A stretch of DNA of 63,957 bases, counting the filler, from Albugo candida (Eukaryota), in the NCBI GenBank assembly GCA_040437565.1. It is 6 parts of 6 records of this genome, joined end to end, with 100 filler letters (N's around TTAATTAATTAA, not from the genome) between each part and the next. Parts side by side here need not be neighbours in the genome. Positions count along the whole stretch, not along the records: positions 1 to 11,336 come from JBDOQK010000111.1; 5 more parts are not named here. One strand, given 5' to 3'. Below the pieces are notes generated by a model, which saw only the letters and a program-made list of their open reading frames with translations, had not been told where the DNA came from and made no database searches. Each line of letters begins with the position of its first letter. Position 1 is the stretch's first letter. Both the position numbers and the translations under genes were made by a program. Shown here in pieces: positions 1 to 11,436 of the stretch.

Positions 1-519
1 AGGATTCGCGGCGCTTTCAAGGATCAGAGCGGACTCTGGACGTTGCAAGAGTTTGAGATGATACTCTTCTCGGAGCTATAAGAGAAACTTCACTGCTAAT
101 CGAATGGCAAGAATTGCGTACCACAAGTGTGATAACTGCTACCCAACGCACCATATCTTCTCGGTTATTATCCGCAATCGTATAAAGCGATCGGCCAAAC
201 CTCAAAAGAAAATGAGCGAGGACACTAAATATGACCGAAAAATATACACACCAAAACTGCGAATTTTCGTGCATCAGCAATACTGGAAGGTAACACTGCA
301 TTCACAGACGCGAGATGGCTAGCACCAAGCTCCCGCTTTTCAATCTGTGTCTCAATATAGCGGAATACCATTCCATTGAGAACAAACGAGCGACGACGAT
401 ACGTGTTTCCGGGCACGCACCAATCGCCTGAAGCATCCCACCGGTGCGAACACGCTTACAATTTGCGTTCGAAATCAGATATCAATAAGAAGCCTTCCGG
501 ATTCTCAAGCCTGTCATAA
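1..519 (+). pseudogene. C-terminal part of decayed 'family D' gene (large CCG-like putative effector), cut by window start
   Basis: Manual translation: RIRGAFKDQSGLWTLQ resembles TIRSSFQMTLTRTLWKSQ (~60050-60110); YWKVTLH resembles YTQHVTFH (~60470). Stops and frameshifts present; same position relative to gene B as in contig 6. Confidence 0.35.
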
Positions 520-557
520 TAGATAGCGCCTGTGCTGGTCATTTGATGCACATCGAG

Positions 558-1808
558 TTAGAGTTTCTCGTAAGCATTTTCAGTATCGCGTGCCTTCGCC
601 GTCGAAGCAGATGATGGCACGCTTGTAACGTCTATGGTGTTGAAAGTTGAACGTGTTGAAGATGTGATGACGAAGCCATATGGAAATGCGTGGACTACAT
701 AACATCGTTGCGTGGAGCACAGCGTTTTATATTTAGCTGACAAAAAAGAATAACTCAGTATACCACTTTTTTCTATTTGAAACTGAAGACCGTGTTCTAG
801 TTTGCTTCCCCTGTGTCGTGTCTGTCGTAATAGCACCAGGGTTGAACAGATGGAGCGCGGTGCATTTACATAGCTCTGAGGATTTGTGATGGGCCATGTA
901 CAAAGACATTCCAATCTTCGTATTCTCGCAAAGCCCGACATTCATGAGCCAGATACCATTAGCTACGTCAGAATAGCCGTTATAAATATGGGCTGAATAA
1001 TCTTGTGGATTGCGGAAATACACAATACATCTTCAATTCCTCAAAGTCAAAAGATCTCAATCACTCATTTCACTGCTGTACTTTTGTAAAATGTTCGAAG
1101 AATTCTCGAAAGACCGGGTATCTGTACCGGAAAAACGAGCTGTTCATGCACGCCGTTAAACATGATCAGCTCATCAAAAACACACAAAGTGCTGTTCTTA
1201 TTGTGTAATGCAAGCATTTCGTCGTCACATACAGCTGCAATTCCCTCAATTCACCAGGAGCAAGACGAACGCGTGTGTTATTTTAAAGTTCTTGTTCAAG
1301 TGATTCCACCGCACCAATTGCGCGGAGTTCAAGCGGTCGAAGGAAGGCAAATATCACCTCTTCGCGTACTACTTTCCAGTTTTTTAATTTGATTTCGACA
1401 CACTTTTTAGATTTGTGGTGAGCACAAGACGGATACCACGCTCTTTATGAGATTCCATCGATTGGATACTGAAATCAGTGTAACCCAAATCTCCATTCGA
1501 ATGGAAACAGCGGAATTTCTGCGTAAAGGCAGTGCAGAAACGCACGCTTAGATGGCGATACACTCATTTCCAAATGTACCTCAAACTGTATCCGGTTTCC
1601 AGTGTCGATATATGTCGCAAATGCAGTCCTACGAATCTTCTAGTCAGAGGAAACGACTCTGAATAGGCATCAACTGATACATTAGCCAATTGAATTCTTG
1701 ACACTTATCCTGCGTACCTACGAGTCCATCAGGGAAAAAGCTCGATTACAGTATTATGCACCCACGCGTCTGACCTGCATATCGGGATGTTAGATCCAAA
1801 GTTCTCGC
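558..1808 (-). pseudogene. 3' part of decayed 'gene B' (repeat-containing protein), separated from its 5' part by the Copia insertion
   Basis: Removing the Copia and one CTCGC copy gives a continuous frame (LPHNA-RTLDLTSRYAG). Contains AFATYIDTGNRIQFEV (~1620), SAHIYNGYSDVANGIWL and CKCTA, matching FLAFYSGY..LDSIWL and HKCIA at ~60800-61010 on the minus strand. Confidence 0.5.
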
Positions 1809-2038
1809 TGTTGGAAAGTAACGACTCCACATTGCCATCCGTCGGACGTTTTGGTAAAACGATCCAAGGATCTAAATAGTGGTTTCGTATTCCTTCCGTT
1901 ATGGCCTGTCCCGACGCGGTGGTTTCATAAGTGAGGAAGGCCGTATGATGAGATACTAACGGTCATACATAATATAACTACTTCTATTTTTCCTCCCTTC
2001 AGTGAAGAAACTTTCCATTCTGTGCGGCATTTTCGACA
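1809..2038 (+). repeat. 5' LTR of Copia element 1
   Basis: Direct repeat of 6563-6792, 12 substitutions in 230 bp by manual count, TG...CA ends. Confidence 0.97.
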
Positions 2039-2051
2039 GGTTATGAGCCCA
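2039..2051 (+). promoter_or_regulatory. Primer binding site GGTTATGAGCCCA (complementary to the anticodon arm of initiator tRNA-Met, half-tRNA priming type)
   Basis: Immediately follows the LTR; resembles the Drosophila copia-type PBS GGTTATGGGCCCA; near-identical motif after the LTRs at 30786 and 44693 (minus). Confidence 0.85.
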
Positions 2052-5000
2052 ACGCCTATGGAACAAGTTGCTCGAGATCAAGCCCAAGCGCCAGCCACGA
2101 CTCACACCCACAACGATGGAGCCACTACGGTTTCAAGTGCGGGGGAGGACATGGCAAGGCTACTGGATATTGTCACTGAACTGAAAGGTGACATTGGAGC
2201 TCGCCTCAGCAGGCTTGAAGCTCGGTGATTCGAGGATGGCCAAGCTTCGGTTGTGTCCGTCGGCAGCAGCACCTTTCGCGCTTATGCCGAGTCGCGCGCG
2301 GGACTTGGCTGACAAACGACTTTATTTTCGCTTGAAGACGAAGTCAAACCAAATCCAGCACGACACCACACTGCAGGACAATTACATCAGCGCATGGAAA
2401 GGGCAGACGATAGGTAAGGCCCACCTATCCAACCGCCACGGGACACGGGATATAGAACGGTTCCAGCACCGACGCATTTTGCGACGCAAAGACCGCTGTG
2501 GATAAGAGACCTGAAACATGCCATCGAAAATTTTGATGGCAAGTAAGTTTACCCAAGTCTCGGGGCAGAGTTTGAACCCTGGAGGAAGAGGTTCTTGCGG
2601 CAGATAGCTATTTCAGAAAGCCTCAGCAAGTGCATTTGGACTGAAGAGAACAAGATGGATGTCCTCGTTAGGCGCTTAACTGTCAAAGCGGGACAGTATT
2701 ACCGTAGCCAAGTGGACAGCTGGTACAATGAGAATCCTCAGTTGTGGTACTCGATAGACCGAATGAACACAAAGTTTGGTACATGAATTTCGAAGTCACA
2801 GGCGTTAAAGCTATTCGCATCGAAGATACAGGAGAATGCTTGTGGAATATCCACATGCTTTACCTGATGGCGTTAAGTGATGCTGTTGGCGGTGCTCACA
2901 ATCAAGTCCTGGAAAACATCGCCAAGTTTGCTAGCCCTTCGAGTGAGTTTCAGAGCGTGCCACTAGCACGACTAAATCCTCATCGTGAAGACTACCTACG
3001 ACAAGCGGAAGAGCTGGTCCATTTTGCGCAGCTAAATGATTCAAGCATTCGCCTCACAAGCAAGCCAACGGTGGTCGCTGTTAAGAGCACTTATGTCGGG
3101 CGACTTAGAAACAGTAAAGAGCGCCAAAGGAGAAAACCAGGTTCCTGTTTTAAGTGCGGAAAAGAAGGTCATTACAAACGATACTGCAAGCAAGAACTCA
3201 AGAAGGATTTTACGCTGGCAGTTGCAGACAATGTCGACGCCACATGGCAATGAATTTTGGACAGTGGATCGAGTCGTCACCTATTGATGACACCATTACA
3301 ACTTTACAATACAATGGAATGTTATGGAGAGTGCCTGCTTCCAAAAAGAGAGACTGGAAATGCAATTCAACCGATTTTGTAGTACGCGTCGATGGTGATC
3401 TTCGTCGCATCAAGCTAAGAGACGTCTACTACTCGGCAGATCTTCCGTGGAATATACTTACGTATGGAAGAATCGAAGAAAAATATATGACTTCGTAATG
3501 ATGGACGTACAAGCTCGATGGTCCGACGCAGTGACGGTTTCAAGATCTTAATGTTGTCAAGGACAACAATAACGTATTTGTGATACGTGTTGTGACCGAG
3601 GGTGCAGTTGGACTTGGTGCCAGGAAAGATGAAGACTACACATTTGCAGCTCTCGCTCAAGCTGTTAATTCTACAATCCCCTATACACACAAACGGGAAG
3701 TCTACTGGATTTTCACTTGCGATTTGCACATCTGGATTATGACACCATCGAGAGGATGTCAAACGGCTCAGAGAGTGGCATAATTCTTACGAATAAGGAA
3801 AGGTCAGCGTGCATAACATGCGCACAAGACAAGCAGACGCGCAATAATTAATCGACCAAAGACTCTGGAATGAATGCTCCTATCGACCGAGTAGGTGGCG
3901 TTATCTTTAGCGATATCAAGGGTCCAATCACTCCAATCGACAATTGTGGAAACAGCTACCTTATTAATTTCGTGCATTACAAAATCAACTACTACCATGT
4001 GTTTCTGACAAAACGAAGGACAAGGCGACCAAGTCATTCGTAAAAATTTCTCGTATACTTTGAGAAGCGCTTCAACTGTAAGATTCACTTCCTACGCACC
4101 GATGGTGGAGACGAGTACAGGGTCGTCGCCCCGTTTTGCGAAAAATCCGGAGTGCGACGTCAGGTATCGGAAGCGGGGAAGCAAGTGTCGAACGGGAAGG
4201 CGGAGCGTCTACATGAAACAGTAATGAACATGGTGCGCTCCATGATTTTCGGATCGGGGCTGCCATTAAGCTTTTGGGGTGACGCTGCATAACATGCGTC
4301 CTACATTCTCAACCGCTGCCCGACGCGAGGAAATGAGAATCGCGCTTCGCCGATTGAAGTTCTGACGGGTTCCAGCCCAAAGCTGACGGATATTGTTATT
4401 TTTGGCTCCCCGTCCACCGCAATTCGGACCCCGAAGCATAAGACTCTCGATCGGCGTGGAGAACAAAGCCTTATTATTGGAAAGAGCGATGAAATAAAAG
4501 GGTACAACGTGCTGTTTACCAAGGATCATGTGGTGCGAATAACGCAACATGTCAGAAATATTAAAACCCTCAGCGAGGATGCAAACGACCAACTTAAAAT
4601 ATGCAAACAACGCGGAAGACGCTAACAAGAAGAAGACCGCTGATCCCATCGACATTGACGTCGAGTCAACAGCTGAAACGTGTACGTCTGGTGATACACT
4701 ACCAGAGTCAAGTGGCGATGTTGGACATCGGAAGGAGGCATGAGTGGGATCAGGGAAGATCAAGAAGCGCGACAAGCGTGGCGGAAGGAAAATATTTACA
4801 ATAAAGTTTCAGTCAATCAGCCAGCAATGACCATGAGGACGAGATGTAATGAAACAAAGATCCTGCCATGCGAGATTATTGGTGCTCTTTACCATGTGGA
4901 TCCGAAGAATTGGAGAGAAGCCATGAACAGTGACAAGTTTGTGGAGTGGGAACGCGCTGCTGAGTCGAAGTTAGATTCACTTAAGGCCAATGACACGTGG

Positions 5001-6495
5001 GAGATGGTATTCGCACGGATGAAATGCACCCTCTTAACACAAAGAGGGTTTTCAAGACAAAAACAGATGCTGACGGAAACGTCGAGCGCTACAAAGCACG
5101 GATGATGGAATGCGGGAATGCGCAGTCGTTTGGTAAAGACTATACACTAACATTCGCCACCGGTATGAACATGACGACTGGGAAGGTTATCCTTGCACTA
5201 TCCGAGATATGGGGTGTACCGGCGCGTCATGGAGATGTGCCTAATGCATATGTCAAGGCCTCAACCGCCCGGATCTGGATATTCACCTATACGTTCCACA
5301 AGGTATGAAAGTGAGTGAGATGGATTTACAGCGTTGCGGTGCCCAGCACACAAAAGAAGTGGTACTTCGACATCAGCGCAGCCTTGATGGATTAAAACAA
5401 GCTGGACGACTCTGGGAGAAACTTCTACATTCAGAACTACTTCGTTTCGGATTCATACAATGTGTCACAAACTCATGTCTCTATTACAAAGAGATCACGA
5501 TGGAAAGACTGTCGTTGGAGTATATGTTGACGATTTGCTGCTGATCGGGACATCAAAGAGTCGAGTGGATGATGTGTTTAAACAATTAGTAACGCTCCAG
5601 ATCAAGGACCTGGGCGTCGTTAGCAAGTTTCTAGGGATGCGACTTACTCATTCTCCGTAGTTTGGTTATAGAATTGACCAAGAAGCGATGATCGACGACC
5701 TATTATGAAAATTCGGTCTGTAAGATGCGCACCAAGTGGCGACACCAATCGGGTTCCATCGTGATACCGACATGCGCGAAGCTGACCCGATTCTACCGTC
5801 GGATGGGCCAGTCGCATCAGCATCGCTAAAACAGTCTCAGTCGATAGTAGGATCGCTGTTATGGTTGGCTCGATGCACACGAACGGACATCGCTTATGCT
5901 GTGCACCGAGCTACGCGCGAGCCCATGCGCCTCGGTGAGCGACTGGTAATTCAGCAAAAAGGTGCCAGGTATCTGAAAGGAACTAAGAAAGTCAAGTTTC
6001 AACTTGGACAGAAACAGGTTCAGCAAATCACACTGTGCAACTTTCAAGCGCAAGCGATGCGTACTATGCAGGGGACAAGATTAGCCGCAAGTCGGTATGC
6101 GAAGCGATCTTTCGTGTGGGTGATATGATAGTGGGCTGGACGTGCCGCAAGCAAGCATCAGTATCTCTATCGACTATGGAAGCGGATTTCACGTCGGCTT
6201 CACATTCCGGTCAAGAGCTTTTCGGAGTACGCGAGCTAATTGTTGAACTGGGATAAACGCGGAATTACCTATCCGGATTGAGATAGACAATCAAGCAGCT
6301 ATCCGCCAGATGGAAAACGAAGAAAGTTCGACGCGAGCGAAGCACATCGACATCAAGCTCAAGTTCATCCAAGATTGTGCTAAACGAGGCATGGTAAAGC
6401 CCTGTTATATGCACACCGAAATGATGGCGGCTGGTTTGCTTACGAAGGCATCTAGCGCTGTTCGACTACAACAATTGATGGGGCTATGTTGGCTA
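2043..6495 (+). pseudogene. Copia gag-pol, multiply frameshifted with stops
   Basis: Zinc knuckle CFKCGKEGHYKRYC (~3145), protease ILDSGSSRHL (~3254), integrase remnants, RT GLKQAGRLW and GVYVDDLL (~5520), RNase H RAKHIDIK (~6330). Confidence 0.93.
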
Positions 6496-6550
6496 ATACG
6501 TGAAAATATAAAGGATCAGTATATGATTGAGGTAACAAAAACACGGCGCC

Positions 6551-6562
6551 ATGAGGAAGGAG
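6551..6562 (+). other. Polypurine tract of Copia element 1
   Basis: ATGAGGAAGGAG directly 5' of the 3' LTR. Confidence 0.85.
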
Positions 6563-6792
6563 TGTTGGTAAGTAACGACTCCACATTGCCATCCGTCGGA
6601 CGTTTTGGTAAAACGATCCAAGGATCTAAATAGTGGTTTCGTATACCTTCCGTTCTGGACTGTCCCGACGCGGTGGTTTCGTAACTGAGGAACGCCGTAG
6701 GAAGAGATACTAACGGTCATACATAATATAACTATTTCTATTTTTCCTCCCTTCAGTGAAGAAACTTTTCTTTCTGTGCGGCATTTTCGACA
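6563..6792 (+). repeat. 3' LTR of Copia element 1
   Basis: Direct repeat of 1809-2038, followed by TSD CTCGC. Confidence 0.97.
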
Positions 6793-7200
6793 CTCGCATT
6801 ATGAGGCAAGTAGTAGATACGTGTTCTTTCATTTGAAAATTTCCACAATTTATACGATACTGCGCACCTATGTGTTTCACCCGTGTGTTCTAGACTCGCA
6901 AAGTACGTTTTCGATAATTTGAAAACACTGTCAGTATGTCTAATCTGCGAGGCGTGCAACCTTTTTGTCATCACTCTCACAATTAGAATCGCATGAATGT
7001 TGGAAATTCCGCGTACAGGGCAGGGATAAACCTCACAATTGACAGGGTGTAAATGAACGGCTTGTGTGCTTTCACAGTGAGAGCTGGTGATTTGATCAAG
7101 GATTCATAAAGTAAAAGTTTATAGTAATCAATAGTGGACACAATGAAGAGCCAACCATTAGTCGCGTGCGGTAAAAACCCACCTATTTGATGAGATACTT
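6793..7200 (-). pseudogene. 5' part of decayed 'gene B' (contig 1 copy)
   Basis: RVMTKRLHASQIRHTDSVFKLSKTYFASLEHTGETHRCAV aligns to SVFTERVQRCKVLPIGKVSELSKPYFASMEANRD*ADETHRCIV (62010-62140 minus); shared DNA ACTCGCAAAGTACG; frameshift near 7050-7105; true start uncertain. Confidence 0.55.
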
Positions 7201-7217
7201 GACCACTTGCCGGAACG

Positions 7218-8340
7218 ATGACTCGATCGTTTATCTAGTATGCGCTCGACTTCGTAGACATCTTGCTCGGATCACCAGCAGCGTATAGCTATCACAACGG
7301 CAAGTACTACCTGAGATTTAAGCCTTTATGGTCGGAGGAAGATTTGCAATATAAATGCGGGCTGCATGCGGCAATAGCACCGATAAATGACGATGAATAT
7401 CTGATGGTATTGCATTTGGATGATACTACTGACGAGTACAAGAATTACAAACGCTGCTTGCCTAAAACAGAATTTACGCTACATTCAAAAACTCTGCATG
7501 TTCCTCACGCAACATACGATACAATTTATCTGCCCACATATCCTCCGGTATTTGACTCGACGGATCTGAACTCTCACTATGACATCGATAGGCGATTCTT
7601 ACCAGGTTGTTGGAGAATATCTGCCGTAGACCTGAAGACTTCGGAAAATGAAGGAAATGTGTCACATTGGGCTAGCATGGCCATTCTCCATGTTGACAAG
7701 TTCCTAGATCTGGCTCCTAAAGGGATCTATACATTTGGAAGGTACAAGTCGTCTTCGATTATCTACGCTGTAGATCTCAAATATATGACTACTGTAGTCC
7801 AGAATGCTAAATCTAATAGCGATCTTATACTTCCTGATTTCTCAATTGTTGATTCAAATTATGTGTTGCAACGTATCAGAAACAAAAAGCTCGAGTTCTT
7901 ATCGGTGATGAAAAGATGAAGCTACCAAACAGAACAAACAGAATGCATCGAATGGTCACAGACGGGATCAATCGGAGCGGTTTTGATGTTGTCGATAATA
8001 AATCGAAGAAAAAGAAGGATACAAAGTCGATAACAATAAATTCGTGGGGATGAAAATTGCATTTTCAACGAACGCGATGACAATTGTCAAACTACAAGAA
8101 TTGTTCGGTCAGCCTTTCACAGGGAAGTCGGCCCAATTTCTTCCTAGCGCTAGCGACCACTGGGTGCTGGGCGTAAGCATTTTGGAGTTGTTGAGAATCA
8201 GGATCGATACAAGAAGTGAACGTAAAACATATGCAATTTCTACCAACATAAAGAGCACAGAAGAGACGATCAACGAAAGGAGAAGAGCATCAGCGGAGAG
8301 GGCACCTCAGGAACGAGCACCCGAAGGCAAAGGCAACTAA
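7218..8340 (+). pseudogene. Decayed secreted-type 'gene A' (contig 1 copy), about 370 codons
   Basis: ATG 7218 in frame with ORF 7263-7919, with a TAG in the hydrophobic leader (MTRSFI*YALDFVDILLGSPAAYS). Motifs AAIAPI, KRCL, CWRIS, DKFLDLAPKGIY, SNSDLIL and, in ORF 8044-8340, PSASDHWVL...IRIDTRSERKTY all recur in order at 62278-63471. Confidence 0.7.
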
Positions 8341-9071
8341 ATGAGAGCGCAATTGATATGCGATGAAGATGAGGAGGATGGATGTGTAATGGATTATTGG
8401 TTGGTACACCATCCTACTAATAAGAAAAGACGCAGCGTATTCAGAGAGACTCAGAGGCTCATCCATAATTTGATATTTTGCGTGCGCAAGTTTAAATAAT
8501 ATACTCGACTCGCAGAAGCTGTTTTGTTGCGCATCTGTTGGCGACATAGTTGCTGGCATGAGGAAGAGAAGCTGAGTTGAAGTATTCGAAGGATACCTTC
8601 TGCTGCCTCGTTGCTGTTGGGCTTTGATTACAGTACCCATATTGATCCCGTGAGCTGAGCTTGTACGTTACCTCGTGTAAACACAAAAACAAACCGAATG
8701 TAGTCTCTCTCGATTACCAGCCACGTGTAAAATAGTATGATTGTTCCACCCCTTTGTGATGTTAAAATATTTGGATGAGCTTGGTGGGTGTCGAGTATAG
8801 AAACAAGCTGCCCAAGGCGTAAGTCCAGAAAGCTCCCTCCCGTCTTTATAGATATCGACTCTTGATGTAGGCCACTATTCGGCATACGCTTTCTAGCTGG
8901 CACGGAATGGTATATTGCATCCGAGTCGTTTTTCGAGATGAACCTGTTCGACTCTATCGACAGATTTCATCAAGACAATAAGAGGTAAAGGTGGTCTAGG
9001 TGACGAAGGCGCATTCTGGGACTCGGCGCGCTGTAAATTTTGCTAACAAGAACAAATGAGACAACCGTCAT
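8340..9071 (-). pseudogene. Decayed 'gene C' (contig 1 copy), unknown function
   Basis: Fragmented ORFs 8290-8640, 8492-8692, 8628-8903; LSLSEYAAS resembles VSLNIYSAS and KVSFEYF resembles DVLFREV in ORF 63595-63891 (minus), in the same position relative to gene A. Confidence 0.35.
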
Positions 9072-9810
9072 GCTAAAACAGCAGTGTTCGCGAGAGATCA
9101 ACATACCAAACTTGGTGCACTACCTAAGAAACCTTTGTAGTCATCGAACTTACACCACTTCTACTTGATGTCCATAGTTGACTAGAATCAGAATTTCATA
9201 ATCAGTAGACAAAATAATATGAGCGCATCCTCTTAATATTTATAATAAACACTGTGTTTATCTGATCGAACTACTTCTAAGAACATCGTACAAACGGTTT
9301 GCAAGCAACCTTTTGCCACGAAGGGGTGATCATGGAAGATCGCATATATCACGGTAATTTCACGGATCTTTGAGAGTGTAAACAATCGAGAGACTTCACC
9401 TTCAATTTTTATGTCAAATCGACGTCATTATCGAATTCTGAGACTAGGCTCTAGCGTGTGTTCACCTAGACCTATTAATGCGACATGTATCATTACTGTT
9501 TCGCAAGCGCGTAATATTACAAGACGTAATTGGCGAAAGACGTTATTTGATTGGTGGACGTTTATTGAATCAAACAATCTTATACATGCATGTGAAATTG
9601 TAGTAAGTACTTGTTCTATGTAGCTAATTGGCTGAGGGTTGGTAGAAGAAGTCCACCAGTCAAACAACGCACGAGGAATGTGACAATGCCGTCACGCGAC
9701 TACGACATCGTTCCAGGTTTCTGAGCCGCATTCTCTTTTCAACTCGGTTAGGGAAGGCTCTGCTCAGAGAAACCAATTTTAGTCATTCATCACATATCAG
9801 TCACATAACG

Positions 9811-10416
9811 ATGCTAAGAAGCGGGGACCAGTGTACATTACACAAGAGCCAAACAACTCGTCGGCTTTGCGATATCGTGAAATTGGATGCAAACGATGAT
9901 GATAAGCATAGTGCATGTATGAATGGAGATAGTTTTGCGTCCGTGCCATCTAAAAATCAGGATGAATGGTTTATTGGCGAGGACTCGGAGGACGATTGGA
10001 CTAACTTCGTGTCACCGTTCAGCAATACGGGACCAATCGATACGGTACAGACTGATACGCTACTCCAACAAGCGTTCAAAGAAGGTGACTATGACGAGTC
10101 GTTCGACAATGATGTTACTGCGTGGACGTACCCAACATGCACAAATGTTAGTCCAAAAGCGAGTCGTGCCATTCCCGTCCCGATTCCGGTTCGTCCGTCC
10201 TTCAAGGCTACTTCATTTGGCACGGCATTTCAAAAAAATACATCAAAATGTTACGCATTTAGACCAGATTTCATGCCAGCATCAAAGCATATTCAGTCAC
10301 ACAACACCGACCCGCACTCGAACACCGTCTGGATCCAGCCTGAAACCATCAAAAGTGCATGTTATAAAGGAAAGTCGGAAAATGGTACAGACGACGAGCT
10401 GTTCCGAATGGATTAA
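9811..10416 (+). CDS. Hypothetical 201-aa low-complexity protein
   Basis: Uninterrupted ATG-TAA ORF with acidic stretches, SRAIPVPIP and terminal DDELFRMD; no family recognised. Confidence 0.6.
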   Translation: MLRSGDQCTLHKSQTTRRLCDIVKLDANDDDKHSACMNGDSFASVPSKNQDEWFIGEDSEDDWTNFVSPFSNTGPIDTVQTDTLLQQAFKEGDYDESFDNDVTAWTYPTCTNVSPKASRAIPVPIPVRPSFKATSFGTAFQKNTSKCYAFRPDFMPASKHIQSHNTDPHSNTVWIQPETIKSACYKGKSENGTDDELFRMD

Positions 10417-10647
10417 GTTCTCGAAGTAGCGCCATTTATGTTAGACCGCAAGCAAATTTGTAATAGATATCATGATCATCTTTTTTGTTGCTTCTGTATC
10501 ATATTACTTCTATCCCACCACATGTTAATAAAGCATTTATCTATTATTACCATTGACACACGACAGACTTCTACTACAAATGTCCCACACTACCGGCATA
10601 TTCAGGCTGCCGCTATCCTACGGTACATCTCACCGCCACATCTGAAA

Positions 10648-11336
10648 CTACCTGAGGTCGATTGTCTGTTTCTTGTATTGACTCACACCAACCGCTGAGC
10701 ATGCGGAGACGCCAGCGCCAGCAAAAACCCAAAAGCGCATGACTTCGCCCAACGACACCGACACGAACAGCACGACACAGCGCAAGTCGAAATTGAATGT
10801 CGTCCAACGTGGTTCGCGTCGGTGGAGCCAATGCAACAAGGACGAATTTTGCTCGACAAAAAGCCTTGAATGCGGGAGCTTCATCGACGATGACTCGCGG
10901 TAAGGTCTTTTAAATATTGACAAATAAAAGAGAGCCAGCATGAATTTACAATGATTGAACGAAGACACATCATTATATCCATAATCGACGATCAAAGTAG
11001 CGCCGCAATTCGCTGACATTGTCTTCTTTTTTCATGATTGTTATGCTGGCAGGTGATATGTTGGGCTGATCGCCGATTTGAGCTTGTTTCAGCGATTGCA
11101 AGCTTCTATTCTCAAATGCAGCCGATTAATTCAAATTTCGAAGATTTTGCCGGGCCGATGAAGATTCTGATTACCGCTGTTGGACTTGGCGATGATGAGA
11201 ATCGATAGAACTCGTTCACATGATCATCATGGGAGTCAGTCAATTTGCTCACACCAGCGACTGGATAGAATTTGGATGTGAATAGATCAACCCTCCAAAT
11301 CATCCAAATCAAATTACGTACCGTTCTTTTATGCTC
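10648..11336 (-). CDS. Hypothetical multi-exon protein with C-terminal hydrophobic segments, 5' truncated by contig end
   Basis: ORF pieces 11112-11312 and 10648-11019; hydrophobic CVVLFVSVSL and FWVFAGAGVSA; exon structure not resolved. Confidence 0.4.
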
Positions 11337-11436
11337 NNNNNNNNNNNNNNNNNNNNNNNNNNNNNNNNNNNNNNNNNNNNTTAATTAATTAANNNNNNNN
11401 NNNNNNNNNNNNNNNNNNNNNNNNNNNNNNNNNNNN
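11337..11436. other. Artificial contig linker (44 N, TTAATTAATTAA, 44 N)
   Basis: Identical 100-bp spacer with stops in all six frames, five copies in the window. Confidence 0.99.

Larger units (their letters stand above)
1809..6792 (+). mobile_element. Full-length, internally decayed Ty1/Copia LTR retrotransposon with 5-bp TSD CTCGC
   Basis: 230-bp LTRs (TGTTGG...TCGACA) at 1809-2038 and 6563-6792; CTCGC at 1804-1808 and 6793-6797; PBS and PPT present; domain order gag-PR-INT-RT-RH. Confidence 0.97.

Noticed and set aside
6793-7000. Plus-strand reading (LAKYVFD / LAKYGFD) of the conserved B segment
   Set aside because: It shares wobble positions with the minus frame but has several nearby stops, while the minus frame stays open ~100 codons in both copies and across the Copia site.
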